Virus record (IMG/VR): IMGVR_UViG_3300037086_000474
Span: 48,463 to 112,462 of that record
Source of the DNA: a virus
Direction: 5' to 3' (one strand)
DNA: 64,000 nucleotides
The first letter of the stretch is position 1, and every line of letters starts with the position of its first letter. The notes beneath the pieces are model-generated. The model saw only the letters and a list, made by a program, of their open reading frames with translations. It was not told the DNA's origin and did no database searches. The translations under genes and the position numbers were made by a program. Of the stretch, positions 48,623-58,381 are shown one piece after another.

Positions 48623-49102
48623 ATGGAGACGACTTTTCCCCAACGTCTAGCGTATGGCAAAGAGGCAGAAAGAGCGGTTTGTAATGTTTTAGATAAGCAA
48701 GAAGTTTCATATGAAACTACCGAAAAAAGATCAGATTGGAGTCCAACTTTTGACCAAAAGTATGGTGATATTTGGATATCAGCACCTTGGGGTAATAGAA
48801 TATTCAAAATTGATGTAAAAAGGTCGTCAGTTTCCTTTGATAGCATTGATCACTTTGAGGGAAACTATTTTATTCTAACTGAACATGAAATGAAACACTT
48901 TTTTGTTTTTCCTGCAAGTTCTATGAAACATTATAAGGCCACCTGCATTAAAAATGGTAATGGATATACAACACTTTCTTCAGGCGACGCTGGGATCAAA
49001 TTTGATCTTTATAAATTAGTTCATTTATACAAAGCCCTATTTCTCAATGTTTGGATTTCTGATATTATGAAACCATATGACTCAAGGGAAAGGGAAGACT
49101 AG
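48623..49102 (+). CDS. PD-(D/E)xK-type nuclease, probable mobile endonuclease
   Basis: GKEAE...GDIWI...KIDVK; AT-richer than neighbours; flanked by direct repeats. Confidence 0.6.
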   Translation: METTFPQRLAYGKEAERAVCNVLDKQEVSYETTEKRSDWSPTFDQKYGDIWISAPWGNRIFKIDVKRSSVSFDSIDHFEGNYFILTEHEMKHFFVFPASSMKHYKATCIKNGNGYTTLSSGDAGIKFDLYKLVHLYKALFLNVWISDIMKPYDSRERED

Positions 49103-49132
49103 ATTGCATATGTCTTGATAGAGGAGAGAAGA

Positions 49133-49978
49133 ATGCTGAAAGATGTCGAAGGTGCAGTGAAGAAGATTGTGAAGGAACTTCAGGACTTCACAGATTGTGC
49201 GACATTGGGCATGTCGGGTGGAGCGGATTCCACTCTCGTCGCATGTCTCTGCGTGAGGGCTCTGGGTGAGGAAAATATTTATGCTATTGGGCTTCCCTAC
49301 AGTGATCTTGACAAGAACAGCTTCAATAGCAGATCGAGACGGACAGCTGAGAGACTTGGGGTTCATTATACCGAGATCCCCATCAAGAAGCAGGTGGATT
49401 CAGTGGTTGAATCTCTTGGAATCAATGATTTTGTCAAGGGATCTGGACCCGAAGCCATGGACCCAGTTCAACTCGGTAACATCAAAGCCCGCATCCGCAT
49501 GACCACCCTTTATGCCATGAATGCGTGGCTCACATCCAATGGACAGAGATACCGTGTCATGGGAACCGGAAATCTTTCCGAAGACTTTATCGGCTATGAC
49601 ACCAAGGGTGGAGACGCTCTTGCCGACATTTTCCCAATCGGAACCCTCTTCAAGAGTGAAGTCTATCAAATGCTCGACCACTTCGTCAAAGAAGGCATGA
49701 TTGTCGATTCCGACATCGACCGTGTTCCGAGTGCAGGTCTCTGGAATGGACAGACCGACGAAGGAGAACTCGGCCATACTTATGCTGAGATGGAAGGTGC
49801 CATCCAGTGCCTCATCGATGATTATGACTCCATCAATAAACCATCAATCAATCCACTTCTTGAGTTTGTTCGCCAGAGACACCTCATCAACAAGCACAAA
49901 CATATCGGACCCCCTGTCATCAATGTCAGAGATCAGTGTCATTGGAACGACCACAATCACAAGTATTGGCAGCAATGA
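49133..49978 (+). CDS. nadE: NH3-dependent NAD+ synthetase
   Basis: GMSGGADS PP-loop, GNIKARIRM, GTGNLSE, GYDTKGGD, PSAGLW..QTDE; no glutaminase domain. Confidence 0.95.
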   Translation: MLKDVEGAVKKIVKELQDFTDCATLGMSGGADSTLVACLCVRALGEENIYAIGLPYSDLDKNSFNSRSRRTAERLGVHYTEIPIKKQVDSVVESLGINDFVKGSGPEAMDPVQLGNIKARIRMTTLYAMNAWLTSNGQRYRVMGTGNLSEDFIGYDTKGGDALADIFPIGTLFKSEVYQMLDHFVKEGMIVDSDIDRVPSAGLWNGQTDEGELGHTYAEMEGAIQCLIDDYDSINKPSINPLLEFVRQRHLINKHKHIGPPVINVRDQCHWNDHNHKYWQQ

Positions 49979-50382
49979 CCTACGAAGAGTTCCTGGCAGA
50001 GTATGATCAACTCATGAAATTATCCTCTAGAAAAGACAGAGGAGAGGCTATGGGTGTGTTAATCTCAAAGGTGCCGCAAGAGTTTGTCAATCGTCACAAT
50101 CAAGAGAGATATGAAAAGGAACTCTTTAATTGGAGAGACTTCCAAGTTGTTGGTGAAACCAAAGAAGCGAGAAAAGCCAAGGTGCTTCTCAGTGGTCATC
50201 AACTTGATGAAAGTGATGAGAGATTTACTGCTGCACTTATGCCAGAGGCAATTGCACAGGAGGCAGAGGTTTGGCACTTTCGCTCACCACCTGCCACTTG
50301 GACTCAACTAGCTGGCAGAGAGGGTTTCATGATCTTAAAGGGTGACAAGGTTCTGAAAACCAAGCTCACCAGAATGAACTAG
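49975..50382 (+). CDS. hypothetical protein
   Basis: ATGA overlap with nadE; FRSPPATW..LAGREG. Confidence 0.65.
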   Translation: MTYEEFLAEYDQLMKLSSRKDRGEAMGVLISKVPQEFVNRHNQERYEKELFNWRDFQVVGETKEARKAKVLLSGHQLDESDERFTAALMPEAIAQEAEVWHFRSPPATWTQLAGREGFMILKGDKVLKTKLTRMN

Positions 50383-50391
50383 GAGAAAGAG

Positions 50392-51939
50392 ATGGGGTTT
50401 TGGTCACCGCTTCGAGTTCACAATCTCATGGAAGACATCAGTTCACTCAACATTCGAAGAACTGATTTCTGTGATAACTGTCTCTTCTTCCAGAGAATGA
50501 TTGACGACTTCAAGAAGAAAAAAATCCCAACTCTTGAAATCGAACAGAAACTTGCGGAATATGGTTCTATTTCGCATCAACTGTCAGAACTCATTGGTGA
50601 GAAACAGGAGCAGCTGAAGAAGTTGATGCTGAAGAATAAATGAAAGATCTAACAAACGACATAGAAGTTTTAGGAGTTCGAATCAAAGAAGATTGTCTGC
50701 CCCTGGTTCAAAGGAAGATGGTTGATTTTCCTTCCATTCGTTTTCTCTACAATCCTTTGAGATACAAAGGCACTAACTACTATGAAATCTCCTATGGTGG
50801 TAGTGTGGATGATGTCAGAGGTTTCGAAACTACCATCGAAGATTTCTATTACAAAGAGCCCAAAGAAGAAAAGATTCCTTTCTTCCAGAGGCTCTTTGGA
50901 AAGCGCAAGTGACCTTCAAGAATCGAATCCATTCTGGAGATTACTGTTGGTTTGATTGGCTAGATTTCGAAAAGAAATTTCGTCCTAGTGTAATCAAACC
51001 TATCTACATCCTTACTCCTCGCCTGTGGGCCGAAGGCATCTTGATTTCTGATGTCGTATTATTTTTACAAGAGGGGTACTACGACAACTCTGATCAAATC
51101 AACTGTGGTTATTTTCGAGGTCTGATAAATAATCAAACCATCGATTTCATGATTGATAATGAAACTCTTGAAAAGGCATATGATCAATGTATGTTCGATC
51201 TTTCAAAAGAAGATGATCGAATAGCCAAGTTGATGTTGGTTTTAGAGATGAGCGGAGTTGATGTAATATGAAAGAAGAATAGATATGAAGCGTAGTCCAA
51301 TCTCGATCAAGGAATACAAACAGGGAAACTTTACTCCTTGTATCAATGACCTCAAGTTTCGACCTGTCATTAGGAAATACGGTGATTTTCCTGGTATTTT
51401 GAAGCGCGCGTTTTCAAACCACAGAGTGATATTCCTTGATCAGTTTGGCAAACAAGATTTCGTCTTCACTGGTGAATATAAGCACTATTGTTGGGGATTC
51501 ACCCTTCCATCTGGACTCCGTCTTGTTGTGCTCACTGGGAATCAAGGCACAGGATACGAATATGAACTGGGATCGAAGATTACCAAAGAAGACGTGGCTG
51601 ATCTCGATCATTTTCTAGATGGGCTGAAATAGGAGAAGAGAGATGAGTGCGAGGAAGATTGTTTTGTGGGTGATTTTGACCTTGGGCACACTTGCTCTCA
51701 TAGTCCTTATTAGCTTCACGATTTTTCGTGACTATCATCCGACACCCAAGCAGGCTATCGAAAGAGCTGTTGCCCATGAGGATAGCATGGAAGCTGGGCT
51801 TCCTACGAGTTTTGTTTTCATAGAAGATCGTGGCAATGGTTATCGTCTCTACAAGGACGAGTTTGGATACTACCTTGTTTGGCATGACACCACCTATGCG
51901 GCGTCAACTCACATCACTTTTCTTGGAAAGGCGAGATAA
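50392..51939 (+). other. run of five small hypothetical genes (50392-50643, 50640-50912, 50909-51271, 51285-51632, 51643-51939)
   Basis: Tandem ORFs with SD sites or overlapping starts/stops; the last has an N-terminal TM. Confidence 0.6.
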
Positions 51940-51944
51940 GATAG

Positions 51945-52514
51945 ATGAACAAGAAACAAGCCAGAGAGTTTGCCGCGAAGGTTGTTCATGTATGGTGTTC
52001 TGGAGATGAAGAGATTAATGAGCACGTCCAGGAGATTCTCTCCGGAGCGGCTGATGACTTGATTGGAATCGGTGCATTTCTTGAAAAGGAACATCCGAGA
52101 AATCCGTATCTTACAGTAGATGCCATTATTGAAGTTCCTATGCTTTACAAAAATGATGAATCTGGCATGGGGATTGTTGTCATCGAACGAAAGAACCCAC
52201 CACATGGTTTCGCTCTTCCTGGTGGATTTGTCGAATATGGTGAAAGTGTGGAAGACGCGGTGAAGAGAGAGTGCAAAGAAGAAACTGGTCTTGACGTCAG
52301 GATTTACAAACAGTTCCACGTCTATTCCAAGCCAAATCGCGATCCTCGACAGCACAATGTCTCAATCGTTTTCATCTGTCGAGCTGAGGCTCTTCCAGTA
52401 GCAGGAGATGATGCGGCAAAAGTTGATTTAGTTCCGTTCGGAAAGGTTCTGAAGCTCAAATTTGCTTTTGACCACAAACAAATCTTGACCGACTATTTGG
52501 AGATGCTTAGATGA
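51945..52514 (+). CDS. Nudix hydrolase (ADP-ribose pyrophosphatase-like)
   Basis: Nudix box ALPGGFVEYGESVEDAVKRECKEETGL; YSKPNRDPR, AGDDA, AFDH. Confidence 0.92.
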   Translation: MNKKQAREFAAKVVHVWCSGDEEINEHVQEILSGAADDLIGIGAFLEKEHPRNPYLTVDAIIEVPMLYKNDESGMGIVVIERKNPPHGFALPGGFVEYGESVEDAVKRECKEETGLDVRIYKQFHVYSKPNRDPRQHNVSIVFICRAEALPVAGDDAAKVDLVPFGKVLKLKFAFDHKQILTDYLEMLR

Positions 52515-52816
52515 AGGCTAAAGCTTCCTATAAAATACCATTCAACTCTAATGGTGATATGTGTACCTATGCTAGCACTTGGGACAAGGTTGAATGGAAA
52601 GACAACTGTGAGTGGGAAGACAATTTGGAGTATGAGTCTTTTGGCAGAGGAAGGTCTGCAGTGCATATTTACTTCAGGTCGTTGATCACGGGTAATAAAT
52701 ACACGATGTTCATGACGGATTTTCATGACATCATAAAAGACATGGTCACTGGAAGAGTTTCTGGGACCTTCACTTTTCAGAAGCGGGGTGCAAACTACGG
52801 AATGAGGAGAGTATGA
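52511..52816 (+). CDS. hypothetical phage protein
   Basis: RGRSA...FTFQKRGANYG. Confidence 0.65.
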   Translation: MKAKASYKIPFNSNGDMCTYASTWDKVEWKDNCEWEDNLEYESFGRGRSAVHIYFRSLITGNKYTMFMTDFHDIIKDMVTGRVSGTFTFQKRGANYGMRRV

Positions 52817-52953
52817 CCAAGTGCAGTGAGTGTGAAAAAGAGAGTGATATATTCTACACTTGGTTGCGTGTTGCGAAAAATCGGATTTTCTGTTCCTGGA
52901 AATGTTTGGGAACATGGTGTGATAGTCTATCCAAAGAAGGAGAGAAGAAATGA
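52813..52953 (+). CDS. 46-aa Zn-finger (TRASH-like) protein, not in ORF track
   Basis: MTKCSECEK...FCSWKCL; GAGGAG SD; ATGA overlaps at both ends. Confidence 0.65.
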   Translation: MTKCSECEKESDIFYTWLRVAKNRIFCSWKCLGTWCDSLSKEGEKK

Positions 52954-53285
52954 AGAAGCTGATTTGGGTTCTGTTGGGTGTGGCTGTTCTTATGCTCGCG
53001 GGTTGTGGGTATGAGAACCGGATCCGTGATTTTGGAGATAACAACGGCAACAAGAAGCCGGCAATTTCAGAACAGTCTCTCGGAAAAGGCGGAGTTTTCA
53101 AGGTCGATCTGCTTTTCGAAGTTGATGGGTATCGAGTGTATCGTTTTGTCGATAACGCCCATGACCGCTACCTTGTCCTACCGATCACCGACAAGCGCAC
53201 ATCCCAGGTTCTCAGCGATGAGTCCGAAACTCAGGGCAAGACGGTTATTTATCATGACGCGAGTATCATGACGGTTTTGAACTAG
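52950..53285 (+). CDS. lipoprotein, DUF4884-like
   Basis: Lipobox LAGC; FKVDLLFEVDGYRVYRFVD. Confidence 0.7.
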   Translation: MKKLIWVLLGVAVLMLAGCGYENRIRDFGDNNGNKKPAISEQSLGKGGVFKVDLLFEVDGYRVYRFVDNAHDRYLVLPITDKRTSQVLSDESETQGKTVIYHDASIMTVLN

Positions 53286-53288
53286 TTG

Positions 53289-53317
53289 AAACTGGCCTCC
53301 TTAGGAGGCCAGTTTTA
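53289..53317 (+). terminator. intrinsic terminator
   Basis: aaactggcctcc-tta-ggaggccagttt. Confidence 0.85.
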
Positions 53318-53378
53318 CTGATGATTGCATTGAGATTCAACAGAGAATCGATTTTTTGATGAGAGAGGAAGGATCAGT

Positions 53379-53567
53379 ATGGCAAAAAAGAGAGTGAAGT
53401 GCATCGAGAACGGTGAGTTTGAGAATGAGAGGTTCTCAAATGGCGAACTATTCTACAAACTCATCACAATCGACGACAAGGAGCTGCTTATTCTTCACGC
53501 AGGCGACGGAGGTGTGGTAGTTGTCGATCCCGCCAGTTTCAAGAAGAGCAAGAAGAAGACTGTCTGA
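53379..53567 (+). CDS. hypothetical protein
   Basis: AAGGA SD; 62 aa. Confidence 0.6.
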   Translation: MAKKRVKCIENGEFENERFSNGELFYKLITIDDKELLILHAGDGGVVVVDPASFKKSKKKTV

Positions 53568-53571
53568 CACA

Positions 53572-53913
53572 TTACGTCCAAGCAACCATTCCATCTGTAA
53601 TAGAGACGTGACAGCATTCATTTCCATCGATCCATTTGGCTGATATGCTAGGCGTTAGCGTAAAGGTTTCAAAGGTGTCCCCTCTCACCCTGTTCCAATA
53701 TGGAATATGATACTGCTGCAACCAATCCCATTGAACTTTCTTCAGATCTGCCAGACCCGGACTATCATCAGGATATGTAGAGATGATGGGCCAAAAATAA
53801 ACAAAGTGAATACGTTTTGGATTTTTTGGACAATGATAGGTAAGAGCAAGAGCGATTCCTGTAGCAACTGGAATTCTATTGCTCCATTCTGGTGAGAGAT
53901 CAATTAGTCTCAT
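53572..53913 (-). CDS. DUF6527-like Cys/His protein
   Basis: HCP...H...TLTPSI...CHVSITDG..W; AAGATA 8 nt upstream of ATG 53913. Confidence 0.55.
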   Translation of the reverse strand: MRLIDLSPEWSNRIPVATGIALALTYHCPKNPKRIHFVYFWPIISTYPDDSPGLADLKKVQWDWLQQYHIPYWNRVRGDTFETFTLTPSISAKWIDGNECCHVSITDGMVAWT

Positions 53914-54081
53914 TGTGATTTTATCTTCTCTGCGGCATGAGCATATATCTTCACGTCTGATCATCGTCCCAATAGGTGATCAAGGAGAAAAAGACATTGG
54001 AGGCTCGAGGTTTGCTCTCGGCCATTTTAGAGCATTTCACCCATGTGATAATATAAGACTATCTTATCATAAGGAGCGTGC

Positions 54082-56142
54082 ATGGAACTGAAGGGTGGGA
54101 TCAACCAGGTAAAGTCGAATGTTGCAGCTGACGGTGCTTTTACAATCACGACTTCTGCCAAGGCTTTCAAAATCCTTTCCGACAACCTCTATTCCGACAA
54201 GGTCCGCGCAGTCATCCGCGAGCTTTCTTGCAACGCCTACGACGCTCATGTGACTGTTGAAAAGGGAACCACTCCGTTCGAAGTGCACATGCCCACACGC
54301 GAAGAGCCCTTCTTCGCCGTGAAGGATTTTGGAACTGGTATGTCCCGTGACTTCGTCATGAACCTCTACACCTCCTATTTCAACTCCGACAAGACCCAGA
54401 GGAACGACTTGGTTGGAGCCCTTGGTCTTGGAAGCAAGAGCCCCTTCGCATACACCGACACCTTCACCGTGACCTCCATCTTGGATGGCACCAAGAGCGT
54501 CTACACCTGCTACATCAACAAGGACGGAACTCCCAACATCAGCCTCATGAACGAGAGCAAAACCGAAGAGGCCAATGGCGTCGAAGTGAAGCTTCCTGTG
54601 AAGATGCAGGATTTCGGCGAATTTGATTCAAAAGCCCAGGATGTTTTCAAGTATTTCACCACTCGCCCCAATTTCAACAACAAACAGAGAGTTCCCTCTT
54701 TCGATGTCCTCTACCATGGAAAGACATGGAAGCTTCTGAAGCATGACTATGACAGCCACTGTGTTGCGATTCAGGGAAACGTTGCCTACCCCATCGATTC
54801 AAACCGCCTGATGGGCCTCAACAAAGCCGAAGAGTTTGTCTGCCACAACAGCTTCATCTTGGATTTCAACATTGGAGACCTCGACATTGCGGCTTCTCGT
54901 GAGGCCCTCAGCTACGATGAGGCTACTATCACCAACCTCAAGAAGAAGATGAATGAGGTTCACAAGGACCTCGTGAAACAGATCACCAAAAAGATCGCCG
55001 ACATTTCCTCGAAGTGGGAAGCAGTGGTTGTCCTGAAGGGCCTCATCAACGGCCTCAGCTACAACAATGCTCTTCGCATCCCTTACAAGGGCGAGGAAAT
55101 TGTCGACACGACTTTCAAGGTCAGCGTCAAGTCGATTCAGACTTCAGTCCACCTCTACAAGCGCAACAGCCGCAATCAGGATTACATTGGCCGCGAGATC
55201 CTCACCAAACCTGAGCAGGAAGCCATCCACATCAGCCCGACTTCCAACATCCAGTTCGTCGTCAACGATCAGAAGCGTACTGGTGTCAGCAAGGTAAAGA
55301 TCCTTGTGAAGGAAACCAGCAATCATATCTATGTTCTTGAGAGCGAAGATCAGATATTCTTGAAAGCGATGGGAAATCCCAAGGTGACCTATACTTCTGA
55401 GCTTCCTGATCTTCCGAAGGCCGAGAAGAAGCGCGAAGCCAAGGAGCAGAAAAAGACTTTCGTCCCCTTCAGGTACGGCCGCTTCGAAGACTCTGCCAGC
55501 ATGTCGATGAATCAGCTCGAGAAGAGCGCTGTGAAGTACTATGTCATCATGAAGCGCAATCATGTCATGGATGGTGAGATTCAGGTAGATAATCGCACCT
55601 TCAATGATAGGATCAACGACGCCATCAAGATTGAGGCTCTTCCTAAGGATGTTCAGATCTTCGGCGTTCCCTACTGGGCGCCCACTCAGAAGTGGTGGAA
55701 GAATGTCTCTCGCATCACTTCTCTCTTCAGCGTTCTTGAGACCCTCACGAAGGAAACGGTGAAGGCCAACATGGATGCTATTGTGACCTACGCAGAGTCC
55801 TATGCCACTTACGAAGCAGTTCAGCAGCAGGAAAATCTCTACCAGCAGGTTCTTCAAAGTGTAGCCATCACGAATCGCATCAAAAAGGTCGACTCGAAGT
55901 TCTTCCTTCTGAAGGCAGAGTTTTCTTCCATCATCGCCAACTACAAGAAGGGTACTGCGAGCTCGAAGATGAGCGCCCTCTACGAACTGGCATGCCGCTA
56001 CGGCATGGTGAAGACGACCAAGAAGAACGTTGAGAAGATTGAGACCGTGTATCCGATGCTGAAGGTTCTCGACAAGTGGAACATCAAGAACTCCACCGAA
56101 GAGATTGCCGATTATATCAACCTCGTGGATCAGGCGCGCTAG
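54082..56142 (+). CDS. rIIA: rIIA-like protein (GHKL ATPase N-terminus)
   Basis: AFKILSDNLYSDK..VIRELSCNAYDAH, DFGTGMS, GALGLGSKSPFAYTDTF. Confidence 0.9.
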   Translation: MELKGGINQVKSNVAADGAFTITTSAKAFKILSDNLYSDKVRAVIRELSCNAYDAHVTVEKGTTPFEVHMPTREEPFFAVKDFGTGMSRDFVMNLYTSYFNSDKTQRNDLVGALGLGSKSPFAYTDTFTVTSILDGTKSVYTCYINKDGTPNISLMNESKTEEANGVEVKLPVKMQDFGEFDSKAQDVFKYFTTRPNFNNKQRVPSFDVLYHGKTWKLLKHDYDSHCVAIQGNVAYPIDSNRLMGLNKAEEFVCHNSFILDFNIGDLDIAASREALSYDEATITNLKKKMNEVHKDLVKQITKKIADISSKWEAVVVLKGLINGLSYNNALRIPYKGEEIVDTTFKVSVKSIQTSVHLYKRNSRNQDYIGREILTKPEQEAIHISPTSNIQFVVNDQKRTGVSKVKILVKETSNHIYVLESEDQIFLKAMGNPKVTYTSELPDLPKAEKKREAKEQKKTFVPFRYGRFEDSASMSMNQLEKSAVKYYVIMKRNHVMDGEIQVDNRTFNDRINDAIKIEALPKDVQIFGVPYWAPTQKWWKNVSRITSLFSVLETLTKETVKANMDAIVTYAESYATYEAVQQQENLYQQVLQSVAITNRIKKVDSKFFLLKAEFSSIIANYKKGTASSKMSALYELACRYGMVKTTKKNVEKIETVYPMLKVLDKWNIKNSTEEIADYINLVDQAR

Positions 56143-56358
56143 ATGAAGTATATCATCACAAACAATACCATATCAGTTGTCCTGGAAAATGGAACCACAA
56201 TGGTCTGTGACAACACTCATGAGCAGTTTGAGGCCATCAAGACCGCTATTGCAAACAAGGATGAGGAAGAGGTTGCCTATCTCTTCAACAAGATCATAGT
56301 GGATCAGGCTGCTCAGCTTCTTCGCAAGACTTGCGGAGAGCAGAAGACCTGGAGGTAA
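56143..56358 (+). CDS. short protein resembling only the rIIB N-terminus
   Basis: Directly after rIIA; ITNNTISVV...THEQFEAIKTAI; only 71 aa. Confidence 0.5.
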   Translation: MKYIITNNTISVVLENGTTMVCDNTHEQFEAIKTAIANKDEEEVAYLFNKIIVDQAAQLLRKTCGEQKTWR

Positions 56359-56362
56359 GACA

Positions 56363-56629
56363 ATGTTTTGGAAACTGAGAAGGTTGTTTAGGTGGCCATG
56401 GAAATGGCCACATGTTTTTCACAACTATGAGATTTTGCTTTCGGAAATCATCACTGAAGAGTGTGAGAAGATTCTCTTTAGAAAACCTCCAGATCTTGCA
56501 CACATGCTTCGTTGGGAAAAGTGCCAGGGTTGCGAGAAGCAGAGAGTGTTTCTCATTTCCATTGATGGAAAACAAACAAAGATCGAACCTACTTTTGTGA
56601 AGGCTATCGACAAGGTATGTAGGAAATAA
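56363..56629 (+). CDS. hypothetical protein
   Basis: GGAGG SD; CQGC motif. Confidence 0.6.
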   Translation: MFWKLRRLFRWPWKWPHVFHNYEILLSEIITEECEKILFRKPPDLAHMLRWEKCQGCEKQRVFLISIDGKQTKIEPTFVKAIDKVCRK

Positions 56630-56630
56630 T

Positions 56631-56822
56631 ATGACTCAATCAAAACGACTTTGCCGTTCATCTTCAGATAGTTGGGTTGGTGGTGTTTGCGGTGGTCTAG
56701 GAAAGTATTTCGAAATCGATGCAAGCATCATCAGGCTGATTTGGATTGTTGCCATTTTGGCGGCGGGTTTCGGTTTTGGACTCTACATCATCCTCTGGAT
56801 CATTATGCCGAGGGGGAGGTAG
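56631..56822 (+). CDS. PspC-domain membrane protein
   Basis: KRLCRS..D..VGGVCGGLGKYF.ID...IRL...LYIILWIIMP. Confidence 0.9.
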   Translation: MTQSKRLCRSSSDSWVGGVCGGLGKYFEIDASIIRLIWIVAILAAGFGFGLYIILWIIMPRGR

Positions 56823-56823
56823 T

Positions 56824-57174
56824 ATGAAATTTTCCTCAATCAAAGAAGGGGTCGTTTTCACTCTTCCGAGTGGGTATCGACTTTACAGAGAAAAGAAAGG
56901 TGGTCCTTCTTTCACGACGAGTGACAAACTTGTTGGTGATTATGTCGTCATCAACTTTCAGTATCGGCCTGGATGGCATCATGATCCCAAGACCCCAGAT
57001 TTTCAGTATTGGATCTGGGCCAAGCGTCTCGACAAGAATGGCCGGTGGAAGGACAATGGTGCGGAGATTCGACTTCATACTGGTTCCGAAAATGAACGCG
57101 ATCTCGTCACCATTCCTATCGAAAATCTGAAGTTGAAAAAGCACATGAAGCGGACCTATGTGGATGAGAAATAG
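56824..57174 (+). CDS. hypothetical protein
   Basis: GGAGG SD before MKFSSIKEG. Confidence 0.6.
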   Translation: MKFSSIKEGVVFTLPSGYRLYREKKGGPSFTTSDKLVGDYVVINFQYRPGWHHDPKTPDFQYWIWAKRLDKNGRWKDNGAEIRLHTGSENERDLVTIPIENLKLKKHMKRTYVDEK

Positions 57175-57177
57175 AAA

Positions 57178-57405
57178 ATGAAAACTTTTCAAATCAAATC
57201 ATTCAGTGCACTCATGATCTATTTCATCGCAGCCATGTCTACTGGTGGAGCACTTTGCATGACGGGGATCGTTGCGTACTTGTGGATTTTCATGGGAGCA
57301 CCGATTCGTGCATTCATTGTTGATCTTCTTCTCGTAGATGGAGGAACAGCAATCATCATTTTCATGGCGGTTCGCAAAGCCCGTTCACTCAACAAAAGGC
57401 GGTAG
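57178..57405 (+). CDS. small two-TM membrane protein
   Basis: Two hydrophobic helices. Confidence 0.6.
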   Translation: MKTFQIKSFSALMIYFIAAMSTGGALCMTGIVAYLWIFMGAPIRAFIVDLLLVDGGTAIIIFMAVRKARSLNKRR

Positions 57406-57411
57406 TTTAAA

Positions 57412-58350
57412 ATGGACACAAAGGACCGTTTTCTAGGTTGCATATATGGGCTCGCTATCGGGGACGCTTTAGGGGCCCCTGTCGAGTTTCAGACTCTCCA
57501 GATCGGTGGTAAAAGAGTCTCATTTTTGTCTGATTGGGGCGGTCATCCTGTAGGTTCTTATACAGATGATACCCAAATGTCACTTGCGACAGCACAGGGT
57601 ATCATCGATGCATTCAAGAAGAAAGACAGATGGTCTACTCCATATGTCTATAAGAGATATCTCGATTGGCTCGATACTCAAATGTCTGCAGAACAATCGA
57701 GAGCTCCTGGCCGCACCTGCATAAGAGCACTGGCAAGTGGAAAGATGGGAACAATCGAACAACACCTCAATGATAGCAAGGGGTGTGGTGGTGTCATGCG
57801 AACGGCACCAATCGGTCTTGTCTATAAAGATCCTGAAACAGTTTTTAGGTATGGAGCAGAGTGTGCAGCAATCACTCATGGACATCCATCTGGATACCTT
57901 TCTGCAGGGTATCTTTCTCACATCATCTATCTCCTCAACAAAGGTGATGTGGATCTGAAGACTGCGATCAGTCTTCCCATCATCATTCTTCGTGGATATA
58001 AAGGTTATGAAGAGATGGACAAAATCATCCACGACGTAGTCAAATACTATAGTGATCCAAGTATGTCGATCGAAGACGCCATCAACAAGTTGGGTCAAGG
58101 ATGGATTGGAGAAGAGGCTCTTGCAGTTTCAGTCTACTCAGCACTAAAGTTCTCTGATGATTGGAAAGCTGGAGTTCTTGCAGCTATAAACTACTCTGGA
58201 GACAGTGACTCTTGTGGTTCGATTACCGGAGCTATCCTTGGAACCATGTTGGGAGTTGATGCCATTCCTTCTGAATGGGTAGAGAAAGTGGAGAACTCTC
58301 ACTACATCAAAACAATTTCTGAAGAGCTCTGGAAATATAGAGAGATCTAG
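57412..58350 (+). CDS. ADP-ribosylglycohydrolase (DraG/ARH family)
   Basis: GLAIGDALGAPVEF, YTDDTQM, GCGGVMR..PIGL, ITHGHP, GDSDSCGSITG. Confidence 0.95.
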   Translation: MDTKDRFLGCIYGLAIGDALGAPVEFQTLQIGGKRVSFLSDWGGHPVGSYTDDTQMSLATAQGIIDAFKKKDRWSTPYVYKRYLDWLDTQMSAEQSRAPGRTCIRALASGKMGTIEQHLNDSKGCGGVMRTAPIGLVYKDPETVFRYGAECAAITHGHPSGYLSAGYLSHIIYLLNKGDVDLKTAISLPIIILRGYKGYEEMDKIIHDVVKYYSDPSMSIEDAINKLGQGWIGEEALAVSVYSALKFSDDWKAGVLAAINYSGDSDSCGSITGAILGTMLGVDAIPSEWVEKVENSHYIKTISEELWKYREI

Positions 58351-58381
58351 AGTTGTGGTATAATGATCTAAAGGAGATCGA

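Noticed and set aside
52826-53014. 62-aa ORF in the supplied track
   Set aside because: The 52813-52953 Zn-finger frame has an SD and ATGA coupling at both ends and fits better.
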